Source: Metabacillus indicus LMG 22858 (GTDB lineage: Bacteria; Bacillota; Bacilli; Bacillales; Bacillaceae). Taken from it: a stretch of 24,000 nt of DNA. Positions 23,865 to 24,000 of the stretch are shown here, piece by piece (position 1 is the stretch's first letter; the number at the start of each line of letters is the position of its first letter). Where the stretch lies: assembly GCF_000708755.2 (NCBI RefSeq), contig NZ_JGVU02000001.1, positions 556,694 to 580,693 on the forward strand, written 5' to 3'. Under the pieces are notes generated by a model. The model did no database searches and was not told where the DNA came from. It saw nothing but the letters and a program-made list of their open reading frames with translations. The position numbers and the translations under genes were made by a program.

Positions 23865-24000
23865 ATGAGGGAGAAAGAGAAAGCAGCCAAAATCAAAGAA
23901 CTGAGTGATGAGATTCTGCGAAAAGTGCTACATGATGGATACGCACCTGATGCTTATTCACTTAAGAACGTGGCCGAACTGCTGTCAAGATCCATTTATG
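23865..24000 (+). CDS. Hypothetical protein, 5' fragment (continues past window end)
   Basis: ATG 23865 lies 7 nt after AAGGAGG (23851-23857). The frame MREKEKAAKIKELSDEILRKVLHDGYAPDAYSLKNVAELLSRSIY... is open to the window edge. No family recognised. Confidence 0.45.
   Translation, partial: MREKEKAAKIKELSDEILRKVLHDGYAPDAYSLKNVAELLSRSIY

Noticed and set aside
1-24000. Mobile elements, prophage, defence islands, CRISPR arrays, tRNA/rRNA
   Set aside because: Scanning ORF products and intergenic regions by eye found no integrase, transposase or recombinase-like ORFs, no long terminal or direct repeats, no spaced repeat arrays, and no tRNA-like cloverleaf candidates.

Overview
The window looks like chromosomal DNA from a pigmented Bacillaceae-type Firmicute: strong GGAGG-type Shine-Dalgarno sites, lipoprotein lipoboxes, a sigma-D-like promoter, and roughly mid-40s %GC by eye. 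I see no rRNA, tRNA, CRISPR array, IS element, transposase or integrase. I support 24 protein genes. In order, they are: an edge-truncated AtoE-family short-chain fatty acid transporter; a very large polytopic membrane protein ending in a GDYXXLXY domain; a DUF3243 small protein; and a C30 (staphyloxanthin-type) carotenoid tailoring divergon, with crtP-like oxidase and crtQ-like GT2 on the minus strand and a second GT2 plus crtO-like acyltransferase on the plus strand. Next come an M24 Xaa-Pro peptidase, a secreted SNase-type lipoprotein nuclease, and an EAL c-di-GMP phosphodiesterase divergent from a methyl-accepting chemotaxis protein. These are followed by a tight six-gene operon: YnjB/C/D-like ABC importer, TVP38/DedA-type protein, small CDP-alcohol phosphatidyltransferase and class-I flavoprotein disulfide reductase. 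After that come a convergent NDH-2/SQR-fold FAD oxidoreductase preceded by a ~200-nt structured leader with its own terminator, a small membrane protein, and a DUF1659/DUF2922/YvrJ small-protein triad. The window ends with a CDF metal exporter and a truncated small ORF. The best candidate for an undescribed system is the 13560-20091 operon. It reunites in one transcription unit families that, as far as I recall, also cluster in the uncharacterised E. coli ydjXYZ-ynjABCD/ynjF locus. This suggests an uptake-coupled, unusual phospholipid head-group pathway with a redox component. The second-best candidate is the orphan riboswitch-like leader at about 21180-21400 on the minus strand. All family assignments come from motif recognition and memory, not from database searches.
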